This document shows, piece after piece, positions 10,143 through 20,474 of a stretch of DNA of 64,000 bases (the stretch's first letter is position 1; each line of letters opens with the position of its first letter). The notes below the pieces were generated by a model, which saw only the letters and a program-made list of their open reading frames with translations, was not told the DNA's origin and ran no database searches. The stretch is from an uncultured Methanosarcinaceae archaeon. Its GTDB lineage: Archaea; Halobacteriota; Methanosarcinia; Methanosarcinales; Methanosarcinaceae. The position numbers and the translations under genes are program-made. The stretch covers positions 320,001 through 384,000 of the forward strand of contig CAWJYV010000010.1 of assembly GCA_963847185.1 (NCBI GenBank). Direction: 5' to 3'.

Positions 10143-10525
10143 TCTTTAACCAGCCTTTCAAGAATCCTGAGTCCACTGCTATTTTTCTGAGCTTCCTTCA
10201 TTGACTTATTGAAATACTCTCCTAGCTCACCAGAAGATACCCTGTTGAAAATAATTTTTCCAAATTCGATGTGCGGCTCTTCTCTTCCCACTACTTCCCC
10301 TGTTTTCGCTTTCTCTTTTTGCTTCTTTGAATCTTCAGGTACTTGAGTAACCTTTTTCTCTATATCTTGAAGCATCTGAGAGAGCTTCAGGTCTTGCCTG
10401 AGTTCGAAATCGTGACTTGCAACAACATTTCCACCCTCAAGAATGGAAGCACGGTATAGATTTGAAGATGCTTCAGGAGGTCGGGTAAATTGAAAATCGA
10501 GAGAAGAGTACTCCAAAAAAATCAC
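10139..10525 (-). pseudogene. N-terminal remnant of a CHAT (caspase-like) domain protein, internally deleted
   Basis: EFGKIIFNRVSSGELGEYFNKSMKEAQ...GLRI resembles the helical segment that precedes the CHAT LPWE motif. The ORF then ends abruptly (LERLVKE*) with no catalytic His/Cys. Confidence 0.6.
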
Positions 10526-10712
10526 CAGTTACTATTTAGGCATACTCCTTAATAAATTTAAAGAATATGTTATGATAAAAATAATAATAAAGACTTAAAA
10601 AAGGCAAATTTAGGCAGAAATCCTTATTTGAAAATATTAAAACTCAGAAAGAATACATATAAGGTTAGCCAGAAAGGGCAAAGTTATCTACATTTTTTAA
10701 TTAGATTTTAGG

Positions 10713-10740
10713 AAAAACCGGTCGTGTCTGCACGACCGGT
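10713..10740 (-). terminator. Perfect 10-bp hairpin plus U-tract downstream of the ThyX-like gene
   Basis: ACCGGTCGTG-TCTG-CACGACCGGT, followed on the minus strand by TTTT. Confidence 0.65.
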
Positions 10741-10804
10741 GAGAGCCTGGGGTTCCAGGATCAATTGATTTCCAATTAGGGGCTATGAAAAGAATTTTCC
10801 CAAT

Positions 10805-11449
10805 TTAATCTTTCTTCTCCGCACAGATGAGTTCTTCAGCATATGGCAGAGTCTCTTTCATCCAGGTGCAGAAATCTCTCCACTCATCGAGCTTGTGGGA
10901 ACGGCGCTGAAAGTAAATATTCCGGAGTTCGGCATAGTTTGTTATGACTGTCCGTTTCTGCAGGTAAGCGCTGGGGAGGTCCTGGACAAGTTCCCTAAAG
11001 ATTGCTTTCCGGCATGCATTGTCTTCCTCGCTGTCTCCTTCGCAGGATTTGTAGGCTTTAATGAGATCATTGAGATGCTTTATCTGGTCACTTCTGTAAG
11101 GTGTCAGTGTGTCATAAGAGAAGTCGTGAGGAGCCAGATCCCGGCTGGTCAGCTTATGCATTGTAGAGGTTGAATTCTTCTCAGTGAATTTGTAAGTATC
11201 AAACTCCTTCCACCAGTAGAGAGGAGCATTAAGATCAAAACACACCGTAATGAACCTTAAAAACTTGCCGTGTTCATTTCCTGCAAGGGTCAGGCGCTGG
11301 GCCAGATTCAGGTCCTTTTCTCCAAGTTTGCAGTTCCCTGCTTGATCCGGTTCACTGCTGTCCATCAAATGCCAGGAGTTCATAGGGTTCCGCATACCAA
11401 GGATAGCGTAGTAAATATTGTACGTGCCGTGTAATTTCATTTCAATCAT
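10805..11449 (-). CDS. ThyX-like (flavin-dependent thymidylate synthase fold) protein, atypical subfamily
   Basis: GxEHGKFLRF...APLYWWKEFDTYK...NSTSTMHKL...LPSAYLQKRTVITNYAELRNIYFQRRSHKLDEW follows the ThyX motif order but lacks the canonical RHR. Confidence 0.65.
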   Translation of the reverse strand: MIEMKLHGTYNIYYAILGMRNPMNSWHLMDSSEPDQAGNCKLGEKDLNLAQRLTLAGNEHGKFLRFITVCFDLNAPLYWWKEFDTYKFTEKNSTSTMHKLTSRDLAPHDFSYDTLTPYRSDQIKHLNDLIKAYKSCEGDSEEDNACRKAIFRELVQDLPSAYLQKRTVITNYAELRNIYFQRRSHKLDEWRDFCTWMKETLPYAEELICAEKKD

Positions 11450-11936
11450 AAAAGCGCCTCTTAAGCCCGTGTGTATAAATAATTTATAAATCTGTTTGTA
11501 TCGCGAGTTGTAAACCTGTTCATGTAGATAACTTAACTCATTTTAAATATTTGTTGCCCGGAATATTTTCCTTTTTATTTTGAGTTTAACCTTTACATAG
11601 AATATCATCTGGAATACTCTGAAAACCCATCAGGGTACAAAAGTCTAAACTTAGTCGAGTTAAGTCTGAATTAAGTTTGAATAGGCACATTAACTTCTAT
11701 TTCTGAGGGTAAATTATTTATGAAAATGGCCACCCTCTTAACCCATGATTTATCCTTTTAAGTATGATATGTCGGCAAGTTCCGGTTTTTTCCGTCTTAC
11801 CATCAGTGGCAGCACCATATATTTTCAATACGATACTGTTAACTTGAATAAGCTTCCAATTTCATATGGAAAACAACCAGACATTTACCTTTAACCTATA
11901 TTTAAACTGGGAAATCAAACAAAACGCTGACATAGA

Positions 11937-12747
11937 ATGAGTCCTGCAGAGCCCCTTTATATTGGAATTCTTATTCTCACAGGCACTTTTACAGGCATTA
12001 TTTCAGGATTTCTGGGCATAGGAGGAGGATTTATTATGACTCCTGTCCAGTACTGGCTTTTGCAGGAAACAGGACTGGAGCCTGACCTGGCTATAAGGGT
12101 TGCTCTCGGGACAAGCCTTTTTGTAGTGTTGCTAAATGCCACAAGTGCCACTTTAAAGTATCAGCAAAAAAGAGCAGTCCTCTGGAGGCAGGCAACAATT
12201 ATGGGAGTTTTCGGGCTGATTTCCAGCTTAATAGGAGCGGAAGTCTCATCCCGCCTTTCGGCCTCGACACTAAGCACTATTTTTGGATTTGTTGTCATCC
12301 TTGGAGCGCTCAAGACTTATATGATATCTTCTGAGGTCGAAAAAAATAAAATCAGCTCCAGCCCGGTACCTTATATTCTTGTCGGCATTTCTATAGGCTT
12401 TTTTTCAGGTCTTCTCGGGATAGGGGGAGGAGTACTTGGGATTCCACTCATGCTGATTTTTCTGCATTTTGATCTGCGAAAAGCCATAGGAACCTCGGTT
12501 GCCGTAATAATTTTCACTTCTTGGAGGATCTATAGGTTATATTATTAATGGCTGGGGACAGCCAGGTCTCCCTCCTTATTCTCTAGGATATATCAATCTC
12601 GTTGACTGGATTTTGCTTGCAGTTCCAGGGTTCCTTGCGGCGAGAAAAGGAGCGGAAATTGCCTATCTGGTAAACCCAGAACATTTGAAACATCTTTTTG
12701 TACTGATGATGATCTATGTAGGGATAGAAATGATAGGAATTACTTGA
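11937..12747 (+). pseudogene. TauE/SafE (TSUP) family permease, frameshifted near 12520
   Basis: Repeated GFLGIGGG / GLLGIGGG motifs. Homology continues in another frame (GGSIGYIING...YSLGYINL) to a TGA at 12747. Possibly an assembly error. Confidence 0.85.
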
Positions 12748-12862
12748 AGACCGTAGATAGGAATTATTTGAAGATAGGAAAAGAAAAAATTTTGAATAGA
12801 TACTGAATTTTTCATTGGGAGAGGGAGATTTCAGAAAGTATGAAGTGGGAATTCAGTCCGCA

Positions 12863-14032
12863 TCAGGCGCTTTCAATAGCTTTTACAGGGTCGAGTTTTG
12901 AGGCTTTTTTTGCAGGGTAGATACCTGAGATTATGTTGATTATGAAAGCAAAGATAGCAGCATACACAAAATTAAGAGCTTCGACTTTAAGAGGGAGGGT
13001 CTGAAGCCCGAAATACATCTCCTGGGGAACCTCGATTCTATAGCTCTGCAGGGCGACAGTTGTAATGTATCCGAGAACAGTCCCAAGCACCAGCCCAATG
13101 GCTCCAAGGAGTACGGACTGAAAGAGAAAAATCATCATTATACTTTTTTTAGAAGCTCCCATGGCTTTTAAGATCCCTATCTCTCTGGTCCGCTGGGCAA
13201 CAATGGTGATAAGAGTATTTGCAATCCCGAAGCCTGCAATTCCGTAAATCATAATGTAAAAAAGGTTTATAAAGATCTTCTGTGTGTTTAAAAGGTCAAG
13301 GATATCGGCATTTTTTTCGGCCCAGCTGACTGCATCAAGCCCTGTCTCATTCTCAATCGAGTGTGCAATAAGATCTGCCTGGTAAGGGTCTATAACCCTG
13401 ACCCCTATTGTACTCACAACACCGGGCTCATTGAAAAATTCCTGCACTGAATCAAGTCTTGCATAGGCTGTAACCTCATCTGCTGCAGTTCCTGTGTGAA
13501 TCAGACCTATAACCTTAAAAGAAGTTGTTTTTGAGCCCGGAAACACTGCATCTACCCGGTCTCCAGGCTGAACCTCAAGATTCTCTGCAAGCTTGTCTCC
13601 CAGCAAAATTCCGTGCCTTGTATGAAGAAGAGATAAGAAGTTTCCTTCTACCACGTCCTCACTTACTCTCATGACCGTATTCTCAGCTTCAGGCTCTATA
13701 CCCTGAAGAGAAACCCCTTCAGCATTATCTCTATACTCAAGCGCGGCCTGACCCATATATTTGGGAGATACGGCAAGAACACCCTCATTTTCCGCAATCC
13801 TGGCTGAGTTAATCCTGTAAAGATGTATGAACTCTTCTTTTTCATTCTGGGGACTGACAACAATATGAGGATTGTTTTCAATACTTGAGGTTATAAGCTC
13901 CTCCTGAAAACCTGAGAGCATAGCCATCATCACCGTAATTACAGCTACAGCAAGGGCAACTGCAAGTATAGCAAAAAAGGTCTGTCTTCTTCTGGAAAAA
14001 ACTTGCCTCAAAGCAATTTTCAGTTCATACAT
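12863..14032 (-). CDS. ABC transporter permease, LolC/E-MacB (FtsX) family
   Basis: QRTREIGILKAMGAS and YPAKKASKLDPVKAI motifs. Large extracellular loop after TM1. Confidence 0.93.
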   Translation of the reverse strand: MYELKIALRQVFSRRRQTFFAILAVALAVAVITVMMAMLSGFQEELITSSIENNPHIVVSPQNEKEEFIHLYRINSARIAENEGVLAVSPKYMGQAALEYRDNAEGVSLQGIEPEAENTVMRVSEDVVEGNFLSLLHTRHGILLGDKLAENLEVQPGDRVDAVFPGSKTTSFKVIGLIHTGTAADEVTAYARLDSVQEFFNEPGVVSTIGVRVIDPYQADLIAHSIENETGLDAVSWAEKNADILDLLNTQKIFINLFYIMIYGIAGFGIANTLITIVAQRTREIGILKAMGASKKSIMMIFLFQSVLLGAIGLVLGTVLGYITTVALQSYRIEVPQEMYFGLQTLPLKVEALNFVYAAIFAFIINIISGIYPAKKASKLDPVKAIESA

Positions 14033-14084
14033 TAAGACAAACTCCGTGCCTGACAGATTAACAGGATTTTCAGTAAGGTTGAGC

Positions 14085-14185
14085 CAGATTAAGCCCTATT
14101 GGATTGGATTAAGCCCTATTGAATCGGATTAAGTCAATTAAAGTCAAATTAACCAAAATAAATCAGATTAAGTCAGATAAGTTAG
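14085..14185. repeat. Degenerate short tandem repeats (GATTAAGCCCTATTG / GATTAAGTC)
   Basis: Several imperfect copies upstream of the permease. Confidence 0.65.
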
Positions 14186-14374
14186 GGAAATTATCGCAAA
14201 AGGCTCTATAGCCGTAAAGATCCCGAAATGCAGAAAATATACCATATTGATCTTGTTCTATATTTTTCGTGCTTTCTGTCGTCCCTCTCACATACAAAAC
14301 TGATGAAAGCTCATATTATTTATTTTTATTTCATTCTTGTTGGGCTGATTATAAATCATTTTCTAATGCTGGAA

Positions 14375-14669
14375 AACGAATTCAAAACAAAATGGAAAAA
14401 ATGGGATAAATAGCGAATAAATGAGAAGGAAAAACATGGTAAAAAAGCCGAATAAAAAGAAAGATAAAAAAGAAAAAGAGAGAAAAAAAGGACAAAGAGG
14501 AAAAGAGAAGAAAGGATGAAAGGAGGAATGAAGAGAAAAAGAGGATAAAAAGAAGAAAAAAGAGAATAAATAGAATAAAATGTGGAAAAAAGAGATGAAG
14601 GAAAAGGAAAAAGAGAAAAAATAGGATAAAAGAGAGAAAAAGAAAAAAAGAGTAACAGTGAAAAAGAGG
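14375..14669. repeat. Polypurine (A/G) low-complexity tract, T-rich on the eno mRNA strand
   Basis: About 300 nt almost entirely A/G on the + strand, immediately 3' of eno. Confidence 0.85.
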
Positions 14670-15956
14670 TTATAGCTGCACGTAATGCGCAACTTCACCA
14701 AGATCTTCTTCTATTCTGAGGAGCTGATTGTATTTTGCAGTCCTTTCGCCACGGGCCGGAGCTCCGGTCTTGATCATTTCTGCTCCGATGGCTACTGAGA
14801 GATCCGAGATTGTAGTGTCTTCGGTTTCAGCGGAACGGTGGCTTACAATTACAGTATAGCCGTTTCTGGAGGCCATGCTTGCAGCATCAAAGGCTTCAGA
14901 AAGTGATCCTATCTGGTTAACCTTCAAAAGGAGAGCGTTTGCAGCTCCCATATCAACACCTTTTGAGAGCCTCTCGATGTTAGTAACAAAAAGATCATCA
15001 CCAACAATGATTGTATCCCAGAGTTCATTGGTAAGAGCTTCAAAGTCCTCAAAAGCTTCCTCATAGAAAGGATCTTCAATAGAAAGAATAGGGTAGGAGT
15101 TCACAAGTTCGACGTAGTAGTCCAGCAGTTCTGGAGCAGAAAGTTTCTTTCCGTCAATTGAGTAGAATTCATCCTCATAGAACTCGGAAGCTGCAGCATC
15201 AAGCCCGATTGTAACTTCGGATTCGGTGTAGCCAGCCTCTTCAATTGCCTGCACAAGAGCATCAAGGGCTTCTGTGGACTCACTCATTTTTGGAGCATAT
15301 CCTCCTTCATAACCTACATTTATGGAAGATCTGCCATATTTTTTTTCGAGGAATTTACCAAGGGTGTGGTAGATTTCTGCTCCCATCTGGATAGCTTCAT
15401 AAAAAGTTTCTGCACCTTTGGGTTGAATCATAAATTCCTGAATCGCAAGCTCGTTGCCTGCATGCTTACCCCCGTTAAGAACATTCATTGTGGGTACTGG
15501 CAGGGTAAAAGCATTTGAGCCCCCAAAATAGCGGTATAGAGGAATGTTGAGAGAATCTGCGGCTGCTTTTGCGACAGCCATGGATACACCAAGAATTGAA
15601 TTTGCTCCAAGGTTTGATTTATTTTCGGTCTCGTCGAGTTCTATCATCAATTCATCGATTTCCCGCTGATTTCGCACATCAAGCCCAAGCAATTCTTTCT
15701 GGATGATGGTGTTAACATTTTTTACTGCAGTGAGAACTCCTTTTCCTCCATATCTGTTAGGGTCTGCATCTCGCAGTTCGAGAGCTTCATTAGTGCCAGT
15801 GGAAGCCCCTGAAGGAACGCTGGCTCTGCCAAATCCCTTCGGTGTAAACACATCAACTTCAATTGTTGGATTTCCCCTGGAATCCAGGATCTCCCGAGCA
15901 TGTATTTTTTGTATCTTATATTCTCCAGAATCCTGCTGTAGACCGATATACGACAT
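14670..15956 (-). CDS. eno: Enolase (phosphopyruvate hydratase)
   Basis: AREILDSRGNPT, VPSGASTG, LLKVNQIG, VSHRSAET, ERTAKYNQLLRIEE. Confidence 0.99.
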   Translation of the reverse strand: MSYIGLQQDSGEYKIQKIHAREILDSRGNPTIEVDVFTPKGFGRASVPSGASTGTNEALELRDADPNRYGGKGVLTAVKNVNTIIQKELLGLDVRNQREIDELMIELDETENKSNLGANSILGVSMAVAKAAADSLNIPLYRYFGGSNAFTLPVPTMNVLNGGKHAGNELAIQEFMIQPKGAETFYEAIQMGAEIYHTLGKFLEKKYGRSSINVGYEGGYAPKMSESTEALDALVQAIEEAGYTESEVTIGLDAAASEFYEDEFYSIDGKKLSAPELLDYYVELVNSYPILSIEDPFYEEAFEDFEALTNELWDTIIVGDDLFVTNIERLSKGVDMGAANALLLKVNQIGSLSEAFDAASMASRNGYTVIVSHRSAETEDTTISDLSVAIGAEMIKTGAPARGERTAKYNQLLRIEEDLGEVAHYVQL

Positions 15957-16495
15957 CGTTTCACCCTTTATAGTTCTGATCTATTTATACATATATTCTG
16001 TTATTTGAAGCTTAACTTTAACTTACCCGTTAGATGTCCGAATTCTATTTAATTCTTTATCCGGTTAGTATAAATAATTTTAATTAAGTTCTAAACTTGC
16101 TTTTCGATAGGAACTCAGTTTAACATTTGGAGATTTCTAAATTCAAGTTCATATAAAAACAGAAACATTTTTGCCTCACAAATCCAGCACCCAGCACTGT
16201 GTAAATTCAGGAACTATCGTGATTCAGAGAGTTTAATATCCGTTTCCGTTTATTATAATCCGTATTTCAGGAATGTCTATTTCCTGTAAACACTAGCTTT
16301 AAAGGTTTTGGTCAGGATACAAGATAATTTTTTTTTCAGAAGTTTCTTACTACTAACTTTTATACAAAAAATCAATCTAATAAAAACTTTGAAGAGGTAG
16401 ATAGCTTTTTTGCACCTTTCTAATACTCAATTTATTTAACAAAATAATTATTATCTACATAAAATATATAAACATGAAAGTATTATTCATTCTCG

Positions 16496-16885
16496 ATGAC
16501 TGACGATTCTCCAGTTACTTTGACCGAAAAAGAGTATTCAGTAATTGATATGCTCCAGAGCCTTGGACTCCCGAGGACGGAAGCCACTGCGATCGTATGT
16601 CTGAAAGATTGCAGAGAACTAAGATCCCTTCACATAGAACTTGTTTCAGGACTCAGACAACCGGAAGTAAGTGTAGCAATGCGCCCCCTGAGGGATAGGG
16701 GCTGGGTGGATGAAAGATCCGAAAAAAAGAATAAAGGAAAAGGCAGACCAGTAAAATATTACCAGTTGACAGTACCCTTCCCGCAAATCGTGGTAACTCT
16801 TGAAGATGAATTTATGAAAAGCAATACAGAGAAAATGAGTGCTCTCAAAAGGCTCCGAGAACTGGAGATTTTATTGCAGAACTGA
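16496..16885 (+). CDS. Archaeal wHTH transcriptional regulator
   Basis: IELVSGLRQPEVSVAMRPLRDRGWV...GKGRPVKYYQL. Confidence 0.85.
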   Translation: MTDDSPVTLTEKEYSVIDMLQSLGLPRTEATAIVCLKDCRELRSLHIELVSGLRQPEVSVAMRPLRDRGWVDERSEKKNKGKGRPVKYYQLTVPFPQIVVTLEDEFMKSNTEKMSALKRLRELEILLQN

Positions 16886-17072
16886 TCTTAATGCAGAACT
16901 GAACTTAAGGAGAATTTTCAGACATCTTTTCTGCCTGCATTCTCGGTAATTTCAGTGTTCTCAATATTTCATTCAGCGTTCTCAGTATTTCAATTCTCAG
17001 TATTTCAATTATTTATAGTTGTACCTGATTTTTGAGCACTAATGAATTGCAGTTGTTTATTTCGGCTAGATT

Positions 17073-17529
17073 TCATTCAAGGTCTGGAATCTTTTCGAAA
17101 TTAACAGGAGCAAATCCTTGCTCCAAATTCATAACCCTTCTGGCAGTGATCCCTTCCAGCTCGAAAATAAATGCCTCAACTACCATAAAGACTTCACTTT
17201 CACCCCTCAAACAGCCCACTTTTATGTTGTCTTCACGACATGCTCCTGCATGCAGGTGGATCTTTGGCTTCCCATCCTCCTGGAAAATATTTCCCTACTC
17301 CGAGAATCTCATGGGCCTCATTAAAGCCAAACCAGACAGGCTCCGGAGGTCTTATGCTTTCTTTAGGGCCTGTAACAAGTTTCCCTTCTTTTAACGCGCC
17401 TAGCAGCATAAAGACAGCCGATTCAATCTTTTCCAGCTCTGCAAGTTTGATAAATTCCAGAATAAGGTCATCTCCATGGTCAATTCTGACAGTAAAGACC
17501 CTACCTATTCTTCCTTTTGCATACTCCAT
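17073..17529 (-). pseudogene. PPC/DUF296 domain protein, +1 frameshift near 17295
   Basis: GRIGRVFTVRIDHGDDL N-terminus. Continues in a shifted frame as NIFQEDGKPKIHLHA...VGCLRGESEVFMVVEAFIFE to a TGA at 17073. Confidence 0.85.
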
Positions 17530-17538
17530 GTTTTTTCC

Positions 17539-18222
17539 TCACTGCTCTATGATTTTTCCGTCCACAAGCCTGATAATTCGATCAGCTTTTGAGGCTAGCT
17601 CTTCGTTATGTGTAACCACTATAAAAGTTTGATTATACTCTTTATTCAGCCGCCTGAGAAGCTCATAGATCAGATCACCTGTTTTAGTATCAAGATTGCC
17701 TGTAGGCTCGTCTCCAAGCACGATTGCAGGGGAGCAGCTGAGTGCCCTTGCTACTGCAACTCTCTGGTTCTGCCCTCCTGAAAGTTCACCAGGTCTATGA
17801 TCCATCCGATCTTTAAGTCCTACCTCCTTCAGGAGACTTCTGGCAATTTCATCTGCTTCTTTCCTGTTTTTTCCAGCTATCAGGAGTGGCATTATCACGT
17901 TTTCGAGGGCTGTGAAATCAGGAAGCAGATGGTGATACTGGAAGACAAATCCAAGCATTCTGTTCCTCATCTCGGAACGTTCTTTATCCGACATTTTCGT
18001 AACATCATTCCCATCAATAAGGAGAGTGCCTGAACTTGGAGTGTCCAGCAAGCCTATGAGGTGCATAAGTGTGCTTTTGCCTGAACCGGACGGCCCTACA
18101 ATTGCCACGAAATCCCCCTTTTTAATTTTCAAATTCGCATTGTCGAGTGCACGAAATTCTATTCCGTTTTTGTAGATTTTTGTCAGGTTCTTAAGCTCGA
18201 TAATTGGGCTTTTTTCTGTCAT
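17539..18222 (-). CDS. ABC transporter ATP-binding protein (LolD-like)
   Basis: GPSGSGKST, LSGGQNQRVA, DEPTGNLD, VVTH. Confidence 0.96.
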   Translation of the reverse strand: MTEKSPIIELKNLTKIYKNGIEFRALDNANLKIKKGDFVAIVGPSGSGKSTLMHLIGLLDTPSSGTLLIDGNDVTKMSDKERSEMRNRMLGFVFQYHHLLPDFTALENVIMPLLIAGKNRKEADEIARSLLKEVGLKDRMDHRPGELSGGQNQRVAVARALSCSPAIVLGDEPTGNLDTKTGDLIYELLRRLNKEYNQTFIVVTHNEELASKADRIIRLVDGKIIEQ

Positions 18223-18359
18223 GCTTTTCCTGCGCCTTCAAAAAATGTATTTAAAAATAGAGGGGCTCTTAAGTAAAGAGCTTTTGGGAAGATAAAAGCC
18301 CTGCCGAATTCAGGTTTCAGGGCATAATCTTTTCTTTTCTGTATAGAAATCCCAGATTC

Positions 18360-19241
18360 TCATTCCAGTTCTTTTCTGCTTATAAAATAAGCTGCCGTAA
18401 GAATTAAAACACAGCCCAGAAGGGTAGAGACATAGAGAGGGTTTTTCAGGAGTGTGCAGTCAAAGAAAATTCCTGACACAGGTTCTACAAGGGCAAGAAT
18501 ACTGCCGGTCTGAGCTCTGACTCCTGAGATCCCCTTCAGATAAATAACAGCAGCGAACGTAATAGTGAAACCGAAAACAAGCAGGACATTGAAATTTTCA
18601 AGGAAAGCACTTACTGGAGTTGAAAGTGCAGATGGAAGCAGGAAGAAAAGGCTTATCCCGGTAAGCCAGAAAGTCTGAGTTATTCCTGTATAATCGTGTC
18701 TTAGGTAACGGATCGTTATTATGGTTGCACCGAAAGAAAAACCTGACAGCAGGCCAAAAATAAGGCCTTTCCCAAAATCCAGGCCTGTATCCGCAGTTGT
18801 CAGAATTTCTCCAGGTCTGGCAATTAGTAAGACTCCTGCAATTGCCAGGAAAAGGGGTAGCAGGCTTTTGCTGCTGTTGTGTTCCCCCAGGATCGAGGGA
18901 GCAAGCAGATTGACGTATACAGGGGCTGTATAAAGCAAAAGGACGGCAACGGAAATCCCGCTATATCTGATAGATGAGAAGTAGCATATGCCTGTAATTG
19001 CATTCAGAAGGCCCAACAGTAACAGGTATCTTTTATTCCTCCCTGGCCTTAGCTGTCCAAGCTCTCGACTGAACAGGAGATAGGCAAGGATCATAAAGAA
19101 ACCAAAAAAAAGCCTGGAAAAAAGCACGGATCCAACAGACATATCCTGCACTCTATCCAGAAAAACCCCTATGGTTCCATAGAGTATACTGCCAGTTAAT
19201 ATTTCTGAATAAGGCTTGAAAGAACCTTCCTGTACGGGCAT
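18360..19241 (-). CDS. EamA/DMT family transporter
   Basis: About 10 TM segments, AVLLLYTAP, SILALVEPV. Confidence 0.9.
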   Translation of the reverse strand: MPVQEGSFKPYSEILTGSILYGTIGVFLDRVQDMSVGSVLFSRLFFGFFMILAYLLFSRELGQLRPGRNKRYLLLLGLLNAITGICYFSSIRYSGISVAVLLLYTAPVYVNLLAPSILGEHNSSKSLLPLFLAIAGVLLIARPGEILTTADTGLDFGKGLIFGLLSGFSFGATIITIRYLRHDYTGITQTFWLTGISLFFLLPSALSTPVSAFLENFNVLLVFGFTITFAAVIYLKGISGVRAQTGSILALVEPVSGIFFDCTLLKNPLYVSTLLGCVLILTAAYFISRKELE

Positions 19242-19508
19242 GGTCGAGAATTAAAAGACTGAGGATATATATTTTTTTGGACATGGGATAGAACCGTAAA
19301 GAAAAAACACGTTTATTCATAAAATGAAAAAAGACAGAAATTAAGTAAATTACGGGACTAATAAAAAGGTTGAATAGAGGATAAAACAGAGATCAAATCT
19401 AAAGTTGATGTGGATAGAAGACTAAATAAGATAAATTAAAAAATAGGGGGTTGAATTGATAATGAAATGGGGTTGAATAAATAATGGAATTTAGAAAAGA
19501 ACAGGAGT

Positions 19509-20474
19509 TTATTTCTCCTGAACTCTTGAAATTTCTTTTCTTTTAAGGGAAAGCCCGTACCCAAAGCTGACCTTTTCTGGAAAAATAAGCTTTTTTAAGA
19601 ACGCAATATTGTCCAGACTTATTACAAAAGCTGCAGCCAGGATAAAAATAGAGCCAGTAAGCATTCCGCTGTGAATCGGGTTTCCAAGTACTGTATGGTC
19701 AAAAAAGATGCAGGAAACAGGTTCAAGCAAAGTCAGAATACTGCCTGTAATAGCATTTACGCCTGCAACCCCTCTTATGTAAAATACCGCTCCAACACCA
19801 GTAATCAAAACTCCAAAGAGTATGAGAGTATAAAGATTCTCAACAAGAATATGTCCTGGAAGAGAAATCGCAAAAGGTGAGAGGAAGACCAGACTGATTA
19901 CACTCTGCCAGAAGAGCTGGGTAAGACCATTATATTCGTTTCTGAGATAGCGAACTGAAATAATTACTCCACTGCTGAAAAGGCCGCCAGTAAGCCCGAA
20001 AAGTACTCCTTTAAGGTAATTACTGCCAAAATCAAGGTGCTCAAAACCTCCTTCCGGCCTTGTTACGTAGAAGACGCCCATCAGGCCAAGGAAAAGAGCA
20101 AAGATGGTTTTGCTGGTATTTTTTTCCCCGAGCAGGAGAGGTGCGAGAATAGTAAGATAGATAGGATCCGTATAAAGGAGCAGGACAGCTGAAGAGGCTC
20201 CTAAATATCGAATCGCGGAATAATAGGAAAACATTTGCGATACATACAGGATTCCAAGGAGAAGCAAATAATTTTTCTTTCCTTTCAGCGAAAGCTGGCT
20301 TAAGTTTCCTGTAATTGCAAGATAACATAGAATGGCTAAAAGGCCAAAAAGAACCCGATAGAAAACAATTGACCCTACGGACATGTTTCCCAGCCGTTCC
20401 ATGAAGATTCCAACGCTACCATAAATTATGCAGGCGATTAACAACTCTACGTGATGTTTAAAAGTGGCAATCAT
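19509..20474 (-). CDS. EamA/DMT family transporter (tandem paralogue)
   Basis: AVLLLYTDP and SILTLLEPV. Collinear with the neighbouring paralogue. Confidence 0.9.
   Translation of the reverse strand: MIATFKHHVELLIACIIYGSVGIFMERLGNMSVGSIVFYRVLFGLLAILCYLAITGNLSQLSLKGKKNYLLLLGILYVSQMFSYYSAIRYLGASSAVLLLYTDPIYLTILAPLLLGEKNTSKTIFALFLGLMGVFYVTRPEGGFEHLDFGSNYLKGVLFGLTGGLFSSGVIISVRYLRNEYNGLTQLFWQSVISLVFLSPFAISLPGHILVENLYTLILFGVLITGVGAVFYIRGVAGVNAITGSILTLLEPVSCIFFDHTVLGNPIHSGMLTGSIFILAAAFVISLDNIAFLKKLIFPEKVSFGYGLSLKRKEISRVQEK

Noticed and set aside
10717-10740. Hairpin arm GGTCGTGTC matches the IS1-type TIR at 60291-60299, a possible IS footprint
   Set aside because: Only a 9-nt match with no target duplication. 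Position and U-tract fit a terminator better.
14363-14701. 112-aa Phe/Ser-rich ORF
   Set aside because: Artefact of the polypyrimidine tract.
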